NCBI GenBank assembly: GCA_965602015.1 | Contig: OZ271918.1 | Coordinates: forward strand, 3,264,001 to 3,328,000 | DNA: 64,000 bases | Reading direction: 5' to 3' | From: Salinispira sp. | GTDB lineage: Bacteria > Spirochaetota > Spirochaetia > DSM-27196 > Salinispiraceae | Shown: positions 1 to 9,519 of the stretch, one piece after another | How the letters are laid out: each line of letters starts with the position of its first letter | How positions within the stretch are numbered: the stretch's first letter is position 1 | Program-made: the position numbers and the translations under genes | The notes under the pieces: model-generated | The model's input: only the letters and a program-made list of their open reading frames with translations | The model's database searches: none | Told to the model about the DNA's origin: nothing

Positions 1-890
1 TCCGCAGCTTCGTCGACAACCCTTCCCTGACGGGCGAAAAAGGCCTGATTTTCGCTGGCTACCCGCCCGGCGGTGCCGACGACGAGGCCGTCGTCGAAAA
101 AGAGATCGGCGGTGTCTATAGCGGCGGTGAGCAGCCCGCCGGGATTAGTTCGCAGGTCGAGAATGAGATTGGAATAACCCTGTTCCTGTAAATCAAGGAC
201 CGCCTGCTCAACATTGGCTGCGGTCCGGGGCGTGAACTGAATAATTCTTATATATCCGATACCTTCGGAAATTCCCGAGTAGCGGACTACGGGAATTTCT
301 ATGTTCGCCCTGGTCAGGGTTACGGGAAATCTGCGGCTTTCGCCGCGGAGAATGGTAACTTCAACCTGACTTCCCGGCTCGCCTCTCAAGCGGCTGACCA
401 CCTCGTCGATGCTCATTTCCACCGTGGAGTCGCCTTCTATTTCGACTATCAGGTCGCGGGGTCTCAGCCCCGCCCGGAAGGCCGGCGTACCCTCAATAGG
501 TGAAACTACCTCTACCCATTCCTGCAGCTCCGGGCGATCTTCATCTGGCTGGACTTTGTTGATGTACAGCCCGACTCCGCCGAAGCTGCCGCTGGTGGTA
601 TCGGTGAGGCTCCTCATGTCGTCAATATCAAGATAGGCCGAGTATGGGTCATCGAGACTTTCAAACATACCCTTCATGGCGCCCTCGATGAGTACTTCCG
701 CATCAATCTCTTCGACATAATTATTCCGAATGAAGTCGAAGACCTGACGAAACGTTCGAAGCAGGCGTTCCTCTTCGAAGCTGCTCATGTCCTGAGCCGT
801 CAACGCCGGACTGACAAAGAGAGATGCTACAATCATCAGCGAAGCCGCCGCCGATACAAACCAATATAGCCGGTTCTTATTTTTGCTCAT
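1..890 (-). CDS. ctpA: Carboxyl-terminal processing protease (S41 family, PDZ domain), runs off window edge
   Basis: Not in the ORF track; hand-translated from ATG at 890: MSKNKNRLYWFVSAAASLMIVASLF...LDDPYSAYL...GSFGGVGL...VVSPIEGTPAFRAGL (PDZ)...IGYIRIIQF...LILDLRTNPGGLL. GGTGGT RBS upstream. Confidence 0.9.
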   Translation of the reverse strand, partial: MSKNKNRLYWFVSAAASLMIVASLFVSPALTAQDMSSFEEERLLRTFRQVFDFIRNNYVEEIDAEVLIEGAMKGMFESLDDPYSAYLDIDDMRSLTDTTSGSFGGVGLYINKVQPDEDRPELQEWVEVVSPIEGTPAFRAGLRPRDLIVEIEGDSTVEMSIDEVVSRLRGEPGSQVEVTILRGESRRFPVTLTRANIEIPVVRYSGISEGIGYIRIIQFTPRTAANVEQAVLDLQEQGYSNLILDLRTNPGGLLTAAIDTADLFFDDGLVVGTAGRVASENQAFFARQGRVVDEAA

Positions 891-990
891 CGATACCACC
901 TAATGTACTACGTAAGATAACACAAAATATCCTATAGATCACAGGGTAACTTGACGGCCGGGGCATCGGACACCTACACTTCATATTGAA

Positions 991-1443
991 ATGACAGGAA
1001 TTAATAAACACATTCTGGTGCTCACTCTTGGGGATGTTTTGCGCTTCGGCCTGATGACCGTGTATCTGCTCCCCATTCTGGCCGGCGACATGACAATAAG
1101 CGGAGATTCCCCGACAAATTACCGCATCCTCCTCTGGCTCGCATCTCCCCAACTGCTTTTGACGGTTTACCTGGGAGCCGTGTCCATTGGCCTAATCTCC
1201 GACCAGGGTCTGAAGCCCCTTTCCTTTATCGCCAAGATACTCAGCGCCGCACCCGCAGCCCTGTCCGTCGCTTCGGCACTGCTCGCGAACCGCCAGCGGG
1301 ACGGCGTACTTGTCGCCGATGGAAGTGAATTAAACAGCTATATCCTGATGACCGCCGTAGTATTAATGGATCTGGTATTCTGTATTATACTGCTGATGTA
1401 CAAAACCGGAGACGACCGTAGGTCGGAGCCCGGGCAAATCTGA
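991..1443 (+). CDS. Hypothetical membrane protein (about 4 TM)
   Basis: 150-aa hydrophobic ORF. TTGACG-N18-TACACT upstream; ends 11 nt before the next gene. Confidence 0.65.
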   Translation: MTGINKHILVLTLGDVLRFGLMTVYLLPILAGDMTISGDSPTNYRILLWLASPQLLLTVYLGAVSIGLISDQGLKPLSFIAKILSAAPAALSVASALLANRQRDGVLVADGSELNSYILMTAVVLMDLVFCIILLMYKTGDDRRSEPGQI

Positions 1444-1454
1444 GGGAGTCGTCG

Positions 1455-2600
1455 ATGCATATAGTGCCAGTTGCCAGCGGAAAAGGCGGCGTCGGAAAAT
1501 CCCTGTTCACCGCCAACCTGGGCATAGCTCTGTCCCAGGCGGGCAAGCGGGTTATTCTCATAGACTTGGACCTTGGCGGTTCAAATCTCCACCTCATTTT
1601 GGGTGTGCGCCGTTTTCAGTACAGCATTGGCCACTTTCTGAATAATTCACGGATGCAGCTCAGCGATATCCTGGTGGAGACCGAGTACGGCAATCTCAGC
1701 TTTATTCCCGGCGATGCAGAGATACCCGGGCTGGCAAATATCACTGCGGCACAAAAAAACCGGATTATCCGCCAGATCAACAAACTCGATGCGGACTACG
1801 TTCTCCTCGACCTGGGTGCAGGTTCCCACGTGAACACCATCGAATTTTTTCTCGCCTCGAGCCACGGAATCATGATCACCAATCCATCGCCCACCGCCCT
1901 GGTTAACGCATATCTCTTTATAAAGAGTTCAATTTTTCATCTCCTGAACAAGTCCGCAAAGCGGAATTCTCCCGGCGAGCGATACCTGAAGGGCATACAG
2001 AAAGACGCCGACAACATGCAGCGGATCTACATCATCGAAGTCCTTAAAAATCTGATGGAGGTGGATCCGGAGAGCTACGAAGCGTTCAAAGAGACATCCC
2101 AACGGTTCATGCCAAGGCTTGTACTGAACATGCTCGAAGATCCGAAAGATGCGGATAAAATCCAGAAACTCCGGCGATCGGTGCAGCAGTATTTGGGCAT
2201 GGATATGGAACATTTGGGCGTAATGTATCGGGACGATGTTCAGGATGTGGCATTGAGCAGCCGTCTGCCTATTATTGTCTACAAACCGAAGTCCATCCTT
2301 TCACAGGCCATATTCAGGATTGCTGATAAAATCATCCAGCTTGAGAGCGAGGGAGATGACAGCCTTCTCGCCTTCGATGATTTTGAAGACAGCTATGACA
2401 CCGCTGAAGCCGAAGCGAGGGTGGACTTCGAATCGCGGATGGAGTATCTGGAAGAACTGCTGCACAGCGGAGCTCTCACGCCCGGCGATTTGATCGAAAC
2501 AGTAAAAAGCCAGCAAATTGAAATAAACGCATTAAAACGGGAAAATGCATATATCAAAAAGAAGATTATTGAGGCCGCGGAGCAGGGTTATGAGGTGTAA
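1455..2600 (+). CDS. MinD/FlhG-like P-loop ATPase with C-terminal acidic/coiled-coil extension
   Basis: Deviant Walker A GKGGVGKS, DLDLGGSNL, DLGAG; GGGAG RBS. Confidence 0.85.
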   Translation: MHIVPVASGKGGVGKSLFTANLGIALSQAGKRVILIDLDLGGSNLHLILGVRRFQYSIGHFLNNSRMQLSDILVETEYGNLSFIPGDAEIPGLANITAAQKNRIIRQINKLDADYVLLDLGAGSHVNTIEFFLASSHGIMITNPSPTALVNAYLFIKSSIFHLLNKSAKRNSPGERYLKGIQKDADNMQRIYIIEVLKNLMEVDPESYEAFKETSQRFMPRLVLNMLEDPKDADKIQKLRRSVQQYLGMDMEHLGVMYRDDVQDVALSSRLPIIVYKPKSILSQAIFRIADKIIQLESEGDDSLLAFDDFEDSYDTAEAEARVDFESRMEYLEELLHSGALTPGDLIETVKSQQIEINALKRENAYIKKKIIEAAEQGYEV

Positions 2601-2642
2601 ACCCCTCGACCGGATACAGTGACCGCACGCTAACGAAACAAC

Positions 2643-5606
2643 ATGGCAAAGAAAGACGTCAGGCTACAGGGCGAAGCAGAACTCCGCATCAGCGATGACA
2701 AACTCACGGCGGAAATTCATTTTTCGAAAAAAAAAGACGGTCGTGAATGGTCCGCCGAAGACATCGTCCAACTCCTTAAAGACAATAAAATAAGCTACGG
2801 CTTCAAAGAAGAAGATGTACGCCAGCAACTCAAAATTGCCGGAGAAAAAAAAGATCCGGTGGTAATCTTCAAAGCAGCAAAAGGCGAAGCTCCGGTAAAC
2901 ATGAAAGCCGAAGAAGCCCAGTACGCCGAACTGGAAATTCCCGAAGAGCTGATGATGGTAATAGCCCAGAAACTCGAACTCTGCGAACCGCCGTCAATTC
3001 ACAAAACGATAGTCAATAAGATAAAAAAGCAGAAAACCGTAAAGAAAAAATCCTCCCTGCCTTTTATAAAAGACAAGGAAGAGACGGTGGAATATACCGA
3101 AGACGATGTCCGTCAGGAGAAGGTATACGTGGATCCCACAGTGGAGGCCTACGGATACGTGCACTCCGGCGCGCCAGTGGCGAGCATATTCCCTTCCCAA
3201 CCCGGCGAGCCCGGGAAAAATATCTTCGGAGACCAGGTTCCCCCGAAAACCCTGCCGGATCCCTTTTTTTACCATGGCGAAAATACCAGCAAATCCGGGC
3301 ATGAAATCAAGGCTGAAGCAACCGGGATAGTCCGTCAGGGAATTAATTGGTGCGACATAGTCCCCTTTAGAGGGCATGTGTGGAACATCGAATTGTCAGA
3401 TGACAAGGCAACCTGCCTGCTCAACTTCGATCCCGGAGATGCCCTGGTTGAAGCCCCCGGGTATAAACAGATCGTAGAACAGATTGAGAGCCTGGAGTAT
3501 CCGATGGAAACCATAATGCCCGAAGGGCAGATTATGGCACTGATCTCTCAGGCTATCGAAGATCAGGAGGCCATCGCCGGAAAGGCCATCAGTGACAGCC
3601 AGGATGCCCACTTTGAAATACAGGTTGATGAAAACAAGCTGAAGGCCACTTTGCAGGTACGGAAGGGGCGGGGCGACGGAAAGCCCCTGGTGTTAAAGGA
3701 ACTGGGAAACGCCATCAACAAGAGCGGTCTCGTAATCGCTGACAAGGCCAAATTAAAGGAAGATATTCTCGAATACTACAATTCGCCTGAACTGGAGCTG
3801 CGGAATTATGTTCTGGCAGAAGGAGTGCCTCCGAAGGAAGGCCCCGAGCAGGCTGTTGATTGGTCGGCCCGATTCCTGGATGAAAAAGAGTATCTCGATC
3901 TCAAAAAAGAGATTGAGGAACAGCGCGAGCTGATAGAACGCAATGAGGACGGCTCCCTTTTTCCGTTGGGTGAAATAGACTCCCTGGCATACGTAGAAGC
4001 CGAACAACGCATCGTTACCTTTGGGCCGCCCCAAAAAGGCGATCCGGGCAAGGACGTATACGGCAACCCCGTTGAAGGGCTCATGGGTAAAAGCCTCGAT
4101 TTTATTCTCGCCGACGCAGTGGAAAAAAAAGACAACATAATAATCACCACCAGGGCCGGCCTGCTGGAGAAAGCCGAGGTTGAGGATTCGGTCCATCTCA
4201 GGGTCCGGCCCCGTCGGGACAGCCGAATAAGCGTGGATATCTCGGATGACCGTCTGGAAGCCAGGCTCAGCATCGATCCCGGCGAGGGTAGCGGCGCCGG
4301 GTTAAATGAGAAAAAAATCAGGGACGGAATTGAGGCGGCAGGAGTCACAAAAGGCATTGAAGAGGGCGTGCTCAGCGCCGCCATCGCATCCGTACTTGAA
4401 GGGGAAAAGGTAGAGAACCTGCTGTTCGCCCGGGGACAGGAGCCGGATTTAGGCGGGACAGAACAGCTGGAATTTCTCATTACCATAGCAAGCGATTCCA
4501 AAGTCACCATTCGCAAGGACGGCAGCGCCGACTTTAAGAACAAAGACAATATGACCCGGGTGACAAAGGACCAGGCGATAGCCCGCATTACTCCGCCGCC
4601 CAAGGAACCCGTACCGGGATTCGATGTTTCCGGCAAGGAGCTCCAGCCCCCCGGCGAACAGAAGCTCAATCTTCAGATATCCGGAAATATCCGCCGCGAG
4701 GAGCAGGAAGATAAAACCGTCATCCTTTATTCCGTCATAGACGGGGAACTTCGCTATGAGAAGAATCAGCTCGATGTTTTGGCGGTACACACGGTTCAGG
4801 GCAACGTGGGTCTTGATACGGGAAATATTAAATTCCCCGGAACAGTGCAGGTCGCGGGAAATGTGGAGAGCGGTTTTTTTATCATGTCAAACGCGGACAT
4901 CAAAATTATGGGAGGGGTGGACCGGGCCCTGCTCTCCGCCGGCGGAGACATTCTCATTCAGGGCGGGGTCAAGGGCGGCGGCAAGTCTCTTTTGCGCTCA
5001 AAACAGAACATAATGGCGAGCTTTGTCGAGCAGTGCACAGTTCTCGCGGTGCAGGACATGAAAATCGCCAAGTCCTGCTTTCGATCGAATATTAAATGCA
5101 ACGGTCGGCTGGTTATGGGCGACAAGAGCACCATTGTCGGCGGCACGGTGAAAGTTAAGAACGGTCTGACTGTGAGCAATCTTGGGAGCGAACGGGGCAT
5201 ACCCACGAAGGTGCACTTCGGCCAGGACTATCTGGTGGAAGATCAGGTCAACGTCCAGGAAAAGGAAATTAAGAAAATCCAGCTGCAGATTGCCGAAACC
5301 GACGCCGCCCTTCAAAAAACCGCCAAGGCAGCGGACAAAAAAAACCTGGCGGCCCTGGCCAACAGGAAAACAAAACTTATTAAACTGATGCAAAAGCGAA
5401 ACGTCCACCTGTTTAATCTCAAAGAACGATTCGAGCAGCATTTCGAATCCGAGCTATTGGTAAACGGGAGCCTGTATCCCGGCGTGGTGCTGGAAAGTCA
5501 CGGCCGGGATTTCGAGGTCGTAAAAGAGCAGAAAAACGTCCGTATCAGCTTTGACACAAAGCTGGGCCGAATAAAAATCGAAGAGCACGATAAAAAGGAA
5601 GACTGA
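2643..5606 (+). CDS. FapA/DUF342 family protein with repeated N-terminal modules
   Basis: Repeated 'ISDDKL.A' and 'PG.D/N(I/V).G' modules, C-terminal GNVGLDTGNIKFPG beta-helix, SNLGSERGIPT. Confidence 0.85.
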   Translation: MAKKDVRLQGEAELRISDDKLTAEIHFSKKKDGREWSAEDIVQLLKDNKISYGFKEEDVRQQLKIAGEKKDPVVIFKAAKGEAPVNMKAEEAQYAELEIPEELMMVIAQKLELCEPPSIHKTIVNKIKKQKTVKKKSSLPFIKDKEETVEYTEDDVRQEKVYVDPTVEAYGYVHSGAPVASIFPSQPGEPGKNIFGDQVPPKTLPDPFFYHGENTSKSGHEIKAEATGIVRQGINWCDIVPFRGHVWNIELSDDKATCLLNFDPGDALVEAPGYKQIVEQIESLEYPMETIMPEGQIMALISQAIEDQEAIAGKAISDSQDAHFEIQVDENKLKATLQVRKGRGDGKPLVLKELGNAINKSGLVIADKAKLKEDILEYYNSPELELRNYVLAEGVPPKEGPEQAVDWSARFLDEKEYLDLKKEIEEQRELIERNEDGSLFPLGEIDSLAYVEAEQRIVTFGPPQKGDPGKDVYGNPVEGLMGKSLDFILADAVEKKDNIIITTRAGLLEKAEVEDSVHLRVRPRRDSRISVDISDDRLEARLSIDPGEGSGAGLNEKKIRDGIEAAGVTKGIEEGVLSAAIASVLEGEKVENLLFARGQEPDLGGTEQLEFLITIASDSKVTIRKDGSADFKNKDNMTRVTKDQAIARITPPPKEPVPGFDVSGKELQPPGEQKLNLQISGNIRREEQEDKTVILYSVIDGELRYEKNQLDVLAVHTVQGNVGLDTGNIKFPGTVQVAGNVESGFFIMSNADIKIMGGVDRALLSAGGDILIQGGVKGGGKSLLRSKQNIMASFVEQCTVLAVQDMKIAKSCFRSNIKCNGRLVMGDKSTIVGGTVKVKNGLTVSNLGSERGIPTKVHFGQDYLVEDQVNVQEKEIKKIQLQIAETDAALQKTAKAADKKNLAALANRKTKLIKLMQKRNVHLFNLKERFEQHFESELLVNGSLYPGVVLESHGRDFEVVKEQKNVRISFDTKLGRIKIEEHDKKED

Positions 5607-6538
5607 TGCCTCTCTACCTTAACTATCCTTCCTGGTTACAGCCGGAAGTGATTCCCGGGCTTGGTATACGGTGGTACGGGATTATGTACCTGGTTGCCTT
5701 CGCCCTCACCTATCTGCTGTTCCGCTACCAGGTCAAAAAAGAGCAGCTGGATATGAGCAGCGACGACAGTCTCACCATGATGCTCTGGATAATGGTCGGC
5801 GCATTGCTTATGGCCAGAATTTTCGCCACGACGGTCTATGACAGCACCGGTAAATTTCTCAGGCAGCCCTGGCTTATATTCTGGCCTTTCGACGGAGAGG
5901 GAAACTATACGGGTTTTCAGGGCATGAGTTATTTCGGCGGGCTTGTGGGGGCAATACTGGGCGCGGCGCTGTGGGCAAAAAAGTACAAACGCAAGCTCCT
6001 GTTTTGGGGCGATATAATCGTCCACGGGTTTCCCCTGGGGTATTTCTTCGGACGGCTGGGAAACTTCATAAACGGAGAGCTCTACGGCCGCATTACCGCT
6101 TCGCCGTTCGGGGTCATTTTTCCCTATGCCCGCAGGGTTCCCACGAGGGATCCCCGGGTGAGGGAGATAATGGAGGCTACGGGACTGGAAGCCGGTTCGG
6201 ATCAGCTTCTGATCAATCTTCCGCGCCACCCCAGTCAATTGTATGAGGCTCTAACCGAGGGCCTGCTTCTCTGGCTCATACTCTGGTTTTTGGTGCGGAA
6301 CAGGCGGCCCTTCGACGGGTTCAGCGTCGCCATATACATCATCGGGTATAGCGCCTTCCGCTTCGCCGTGGAGTTCGTCCGCGAGCTGGACCCGGGGTTC
6401 AGCTTTTACACCGCTCTCAATCTGAGCCTGGGCCAGCTGTTCTCTCTCGCCGGCGTGGCCGCAGGCGGCCTAATGCTCGCTGCGCTCGCATGGAAGGAGA
6501 GTCGAAAGCCGAAAGTGGAAACCTTCAGCGAGCCCTGA
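5606..6538 (+). CDS. lgt: Prolipoprotein diacylglyceryl transferase
   Basis: IRWYG, GMSYFGG, GRLGNFINGELYGR, RHPSQLYE motifs. Confidence 0.95.
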   Translation: MPLYLNYPSWLQPEVIPGLGIRWYGIMYLVAFALTYLLFRYQVKKEQLDMSSDDSLTMMLWIMVGALLMARIFATTVYDSTGKFLRQPWLIFWPFDGEGNYTGFQGMSYFGGLVGAILGAALWAKKYKRKLLFWGDIIVHGFPLGYFFGRLGNFINGELYGRITASPFGVIFPYARRVPTRDPRVREIMEATGLEAGSDQLLINLPRHPSQLYEALTEGLLLWLILWFLVRNRRPFDGFSVAIYIIGYSAFRFAVEFVRELDPGFSFYTALNLSLGQLFSLAGVAAGGLMLAALAWKESRKPKVETFSEP

Positions 6539-6570
6539 TTGGTCCCATTACGGTCCCCTGAACCCGGGGG

Positions 6571-7209
6571 TTATCTTGAATGCTTCTCTGCAGCCGCAGC
6601 CCGGGGGAGGTGCCAGTCCCGGTATACGGATATAACCCGGAATCCGGCGATAAACAGAGCGATGGAAATGGCCAGTCCGCCCTGCAACAGCTCGTTTTCG
6701 ACGCTGAGGGGTTGGAGGAATACATATCCGGTGGCCCCGATCAGGGCCGCCACCGCATAGACCTCGCGCTGGAGTACCAGGGGAACCTCGCGGGCGAGAA
6801 CATCCCTGATCATACCGCCTCCGGTTCCGCTAATTATGCCTATCATGACTGACGCGAACCAGGGCAAACCGCTTTCCACCGCCAGGTCCGCACCGAGAAC
6901 GGTAAAGACCCCCAGTCCAACGGCGTCGAGAATCCTCAGTGGATAGTGAACCCTGTCTATCACCGAATAGAGCAGATACACCGTGAAGGCCGCTACCATC
7001 GCCACGACAATATAGCTTCCGTCGCTCAACATGACAGGAGGTATTCTTCCGATCATAACATCGCGGATCAGACCGCCTCCCAGTGCGGTGAGAATGGCCA
7101 GAATGATGCTGCCGTACAGATCCATGTGCCGCCGCACAGCCATCACCGACCCCGAGAGGGCGAAAACGAACACTCCCAGGTATTCGAAAAAGACAAACAG
7201 CAGATTCAC
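6571..7209 (-). CDS. Trimeric intracellular cation channel (TRIC/UPF0126) family membrane protein
   Basis: Repeats TALGGGLIRD and GTGGGMIRDVL, LDAVGLGVF. Start moved to GTG 7209, which overlaps the lnt stop (GTGA). Confidence 0.88.
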   Translation of the reverse strand: MNLLFVFFEYLGVFVFALSGSVMAVRRHMDLYGSIILAILTALGGGLIRDVMIGRIPPVMLSDGSYIVVAMVAAFTVYLLYSVIDRVHYPLRILDAVGLGVFTVLGADLAVESGLPWFASVMIGIISGTGGGMIRDVLAREVPLVLQREVYAVAALIGATGYVFLQPLSVENELLQGGLAISIALFIAGFRVISVYRDWHLPRAAAAEKHSR

Positions 7210-9434
7210 TCTTCCTCGCTTTTGCTCCGCGATCCGATGACGAGCAGGATCCCCAGTAATAGGGTTACGAGGGCTGCGAGGGCTGCAATATACCAGTCTC
7301 CATGACGGCTGTATGGGGTGAGCCCGGGCTCTTCGGGAAGTTGTACATCGACGCTGGCCGCCATGGCCCGGTAACTGGGCAGCTCGAAAAGGATCCTTCC
7401 CCAAGGGTCCACGGCGGTGGTCATTCCGCTCGCGGTGGAGCGGAGAAGCACCCGCCGATTCTCCACCGATCGGTATAGCCCGGCGGCGAAGTGCTGCTTG
7501 GCGGCAACTTCGGTGAGGGACCAGTAATCATTACTGATATTGATTATGATATCGGCGCCTCCGGTTACGAAACGCCGCACCTCGTCGGGAAATGCATCCT
7601 CAAAACATATGGGCGTTGAAAACATAAACCGGGGGTGGCGAAATACCGTTCTTCTTTCACCGGGTTCCCAGAAGTTAACGTCGAAGTCCAGCAGGAGCTG
7701 ATACACCCCGGGGAACAAATCCCGGTAGGGAAAATGCTCGGTAAAGGGCACCAGCCGGATTTTGTGATAGTAATCCCGCCTCGATGCCTCGGGGTCGAAG
7801 AGGATGGCCGCGTTATAATTATCCCTGCTCTGCTCCACGCCCCGGTCATCCAAAATCACCTTGTAATCATCATTACCCGTTAGCAGCCAGGTTCCGGTGC
7901 TCCGTTGAAACTCCAGCATCTCGTTGACCACCCTCACCAGCCTGAGCCGGGGGTTAAGCTCGGGATTGCTCCACCGGGCTATATTCGGCACAAAAGCGGT
8001 TTCGCTCCAAACCAGGAGATCCGTTTCATCGGAGGATTGGAGGATTCCCCGGCTGAGGCTCGTGAGGGTTTGTAAGACTTCTTCATAGTCGTGTTTCCGG
8101 GGGTCGGAGTTCTGCTGGACCAGGGCAATCCGCTGCCAGCCTTCCTCGGGATTTTGACTTCCCGGGTGAAGCAGCTCGAGATTTCCCGCTCTTTCACCCT
8201 CTTCATGAAGCTCGATAATCGAACCGAGCTGAAGGGGACTTTCGCTGTTCTGGAGCAGAACCCCGGCCCCTCCGGCATGGACCGCAAACACCAGAACCGC
8301 GAAACCGATGAGCATCCGTTTGGCCAGCCGCCGTCCGGAGCCCTTGGTTATGAGAACCGTTGTAATGAGGATATTAGACAGGTAGAGCAGCTGGCTGATG
8401 CTCCACATGCCGGTGAGCGAACTGATTTGGATAAGCGGCGTATTGCGCCATTGACTGTGCGGCATAAGATTCCAGGGATAGGCGCTGAATCCGACGGTAA
8501 AAATCCAGTCATACAGGGTCCACATGGAACTGAAGAGCAGGGTGTACACCAGAAAGTGGAGGAACGGCCGCTGTTCAAGGGAAGCCTGAATCCGGCGCAG
8601 AAAGCGCTCGACGAACCACAGCAACAGAAAAAACAGGACTCCGTACATCCCCAGAATGACGACCGCTACCTGAAGACTCACCAGAGAGAACGTGCCAAGC
8701 CAATAATTCCTGATCATCACCGTAAGCAGGGTCCAGGAAATGCCGTAAAACATCCATCGACGGAACCCCTGGGATTGCTTCAACAGAGTAAAAAGAGGGG
8801 CCATGCTGAACCATGCCAAAAATCCGAATCCGTTGGGCGATATGTTTGACGGGAATGAAAAGCTGAACAGCAGCACCGAGGCCAGGAGCAGGGAAATGGG
8901 TTTTATCACCCGATTGAGGGTTTTGAGCCGGAGCCCGTCGTTGAGCAAAACCGGAATTCCCGCCGCAATCGGGTATATCAACAAGTAAATTCCGTAACGG
9001 AAAATCACGAACATCCGCTCGGTTCTGGTGTCCAGGGCTAGCAGAAGCCTGCCCTCAGTTTCAATAAAGCGCTGAACATAGTCCATGTTTGCCGCGAGGG
9101 CGAAAATGTATCCAAAAACGAATATAACGAGGCTGATGACGAACAGAAGATCCGGCAGCAGCATAAAGTCCTCGGACTCGGGCTGCCGCTCCTGATGGCC
9201 CAGGCGGTATGCCAGCCGTTCCGCCATGCGGTCTGCGGAGCGAACGTCCGGCGCAACAATGAGCCTGGCGCCGAAGTATAATCCCACGGAAGTATGGAGG
9301 GCGATGAGAAGAAGTCCGGGAATATCGCTTACGCTGAAATTCAGGGGGAGGCCTTTCTCAAAAAAGAAAAGGAAGAGGGCCAGGGCGGCCGCTCCGAGGT
9401 ACAGCAGCATCCAGGAGAAGAACTGTTTTTGCAT
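7206..9434 (-). CDS. lnt: Apolipoprotein N-acyltransferase with N-terminal membrane extension
   Basis: Nitrilase triad motifs VWSETA, YHKIRLVPFTE, PICFEDAF; NISNDYW; RSVENRR. Confidence 0.92.
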   Translation of the reverse strand: MQKQFFSWMLLYLGAAALALFLFFFEKGLPLNFSVSDIPGLLLIALHTSVGLYFGARLIVAPDVRSADRMAERLAYRLGHQERQPESEDFMLLPDLLFVISLVIFVFGYIFALAANMDYVQRFIETEGRLLLALDTRTERMFVIFRYGIYLLIYPIAAGIPVLLNDGLRLKTLNRVIKPISLLLASVLLFSFSFPSNISPNGFGFLAWFSMAPLFTLLKQSQGFRRWMFYGISWTLLTVMIRNYWLGTFSLVSLQVAVVILGMYGVLFFLLLWFVERFLRRIQASLEQRPFLHFLVYTLLFSSMWTLYDWIFTVGFSAYPWNLMPHSQWRNTPLIQISSLTGMWSISQLLYLSNILITTVLITKGSGRRLAKRMLIGFAVLVFAVHAGGAGVLLQNSESPLQLGSIIELHEEGERAGNLELLHPGSQNPEEGWQRIALVQQNSDPRKHDYEEVLQTLTSLSRGILQSSDETDLLVWSETAFVPNIARWSNPELNPRLRLVRVVNEMLEFQRSTGTWLLTGNDDYKVILDDRGVEQSRDNYNAAILFDPEASRRDYYHKIRLVPFTEHFPYRDLFPGVYQLLLDFDVNFWEPGERRTVFRHPRFMFSTPICFEDAFPDEVRRFVTGGADIIINISNDYWSLTEVAAKQHFAAGLYRSVENRRVLLRSTASGMTTAVDPWGRILFELPSYRAMAASVDVQLPEEPGLTPYSRHGDWYIAALAALVTLLLGILLVIGSRSKSEEE

Positions 9435-9460
9435 GGGGATATAGTATTCCGACTATCGGG

Positions 9461-9504
9461 AAAAAAAAAGGGGTAACCCCGGCCATTACGGCCGGGGCCG
9501 CCCC
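9461..9504 (-). terminator. Rho-independent terminator of the DUF4914 gene
   Basis: On - strand: GGGGcggCCCCGGCC-gtaat-GGCCGGGGttaCCCC followed by T9. Confidence 0.8.
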
Positions 9505-9519
9505 GGTGAGGAGGAAAGT

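Noticed and set aside
1821..1836. parS-like GTTCCCACGTGAAC
   Set aside because: Spacing and mismatches break the TGTTTCACGTGAAACA dyad, and it lies inside a CDS.
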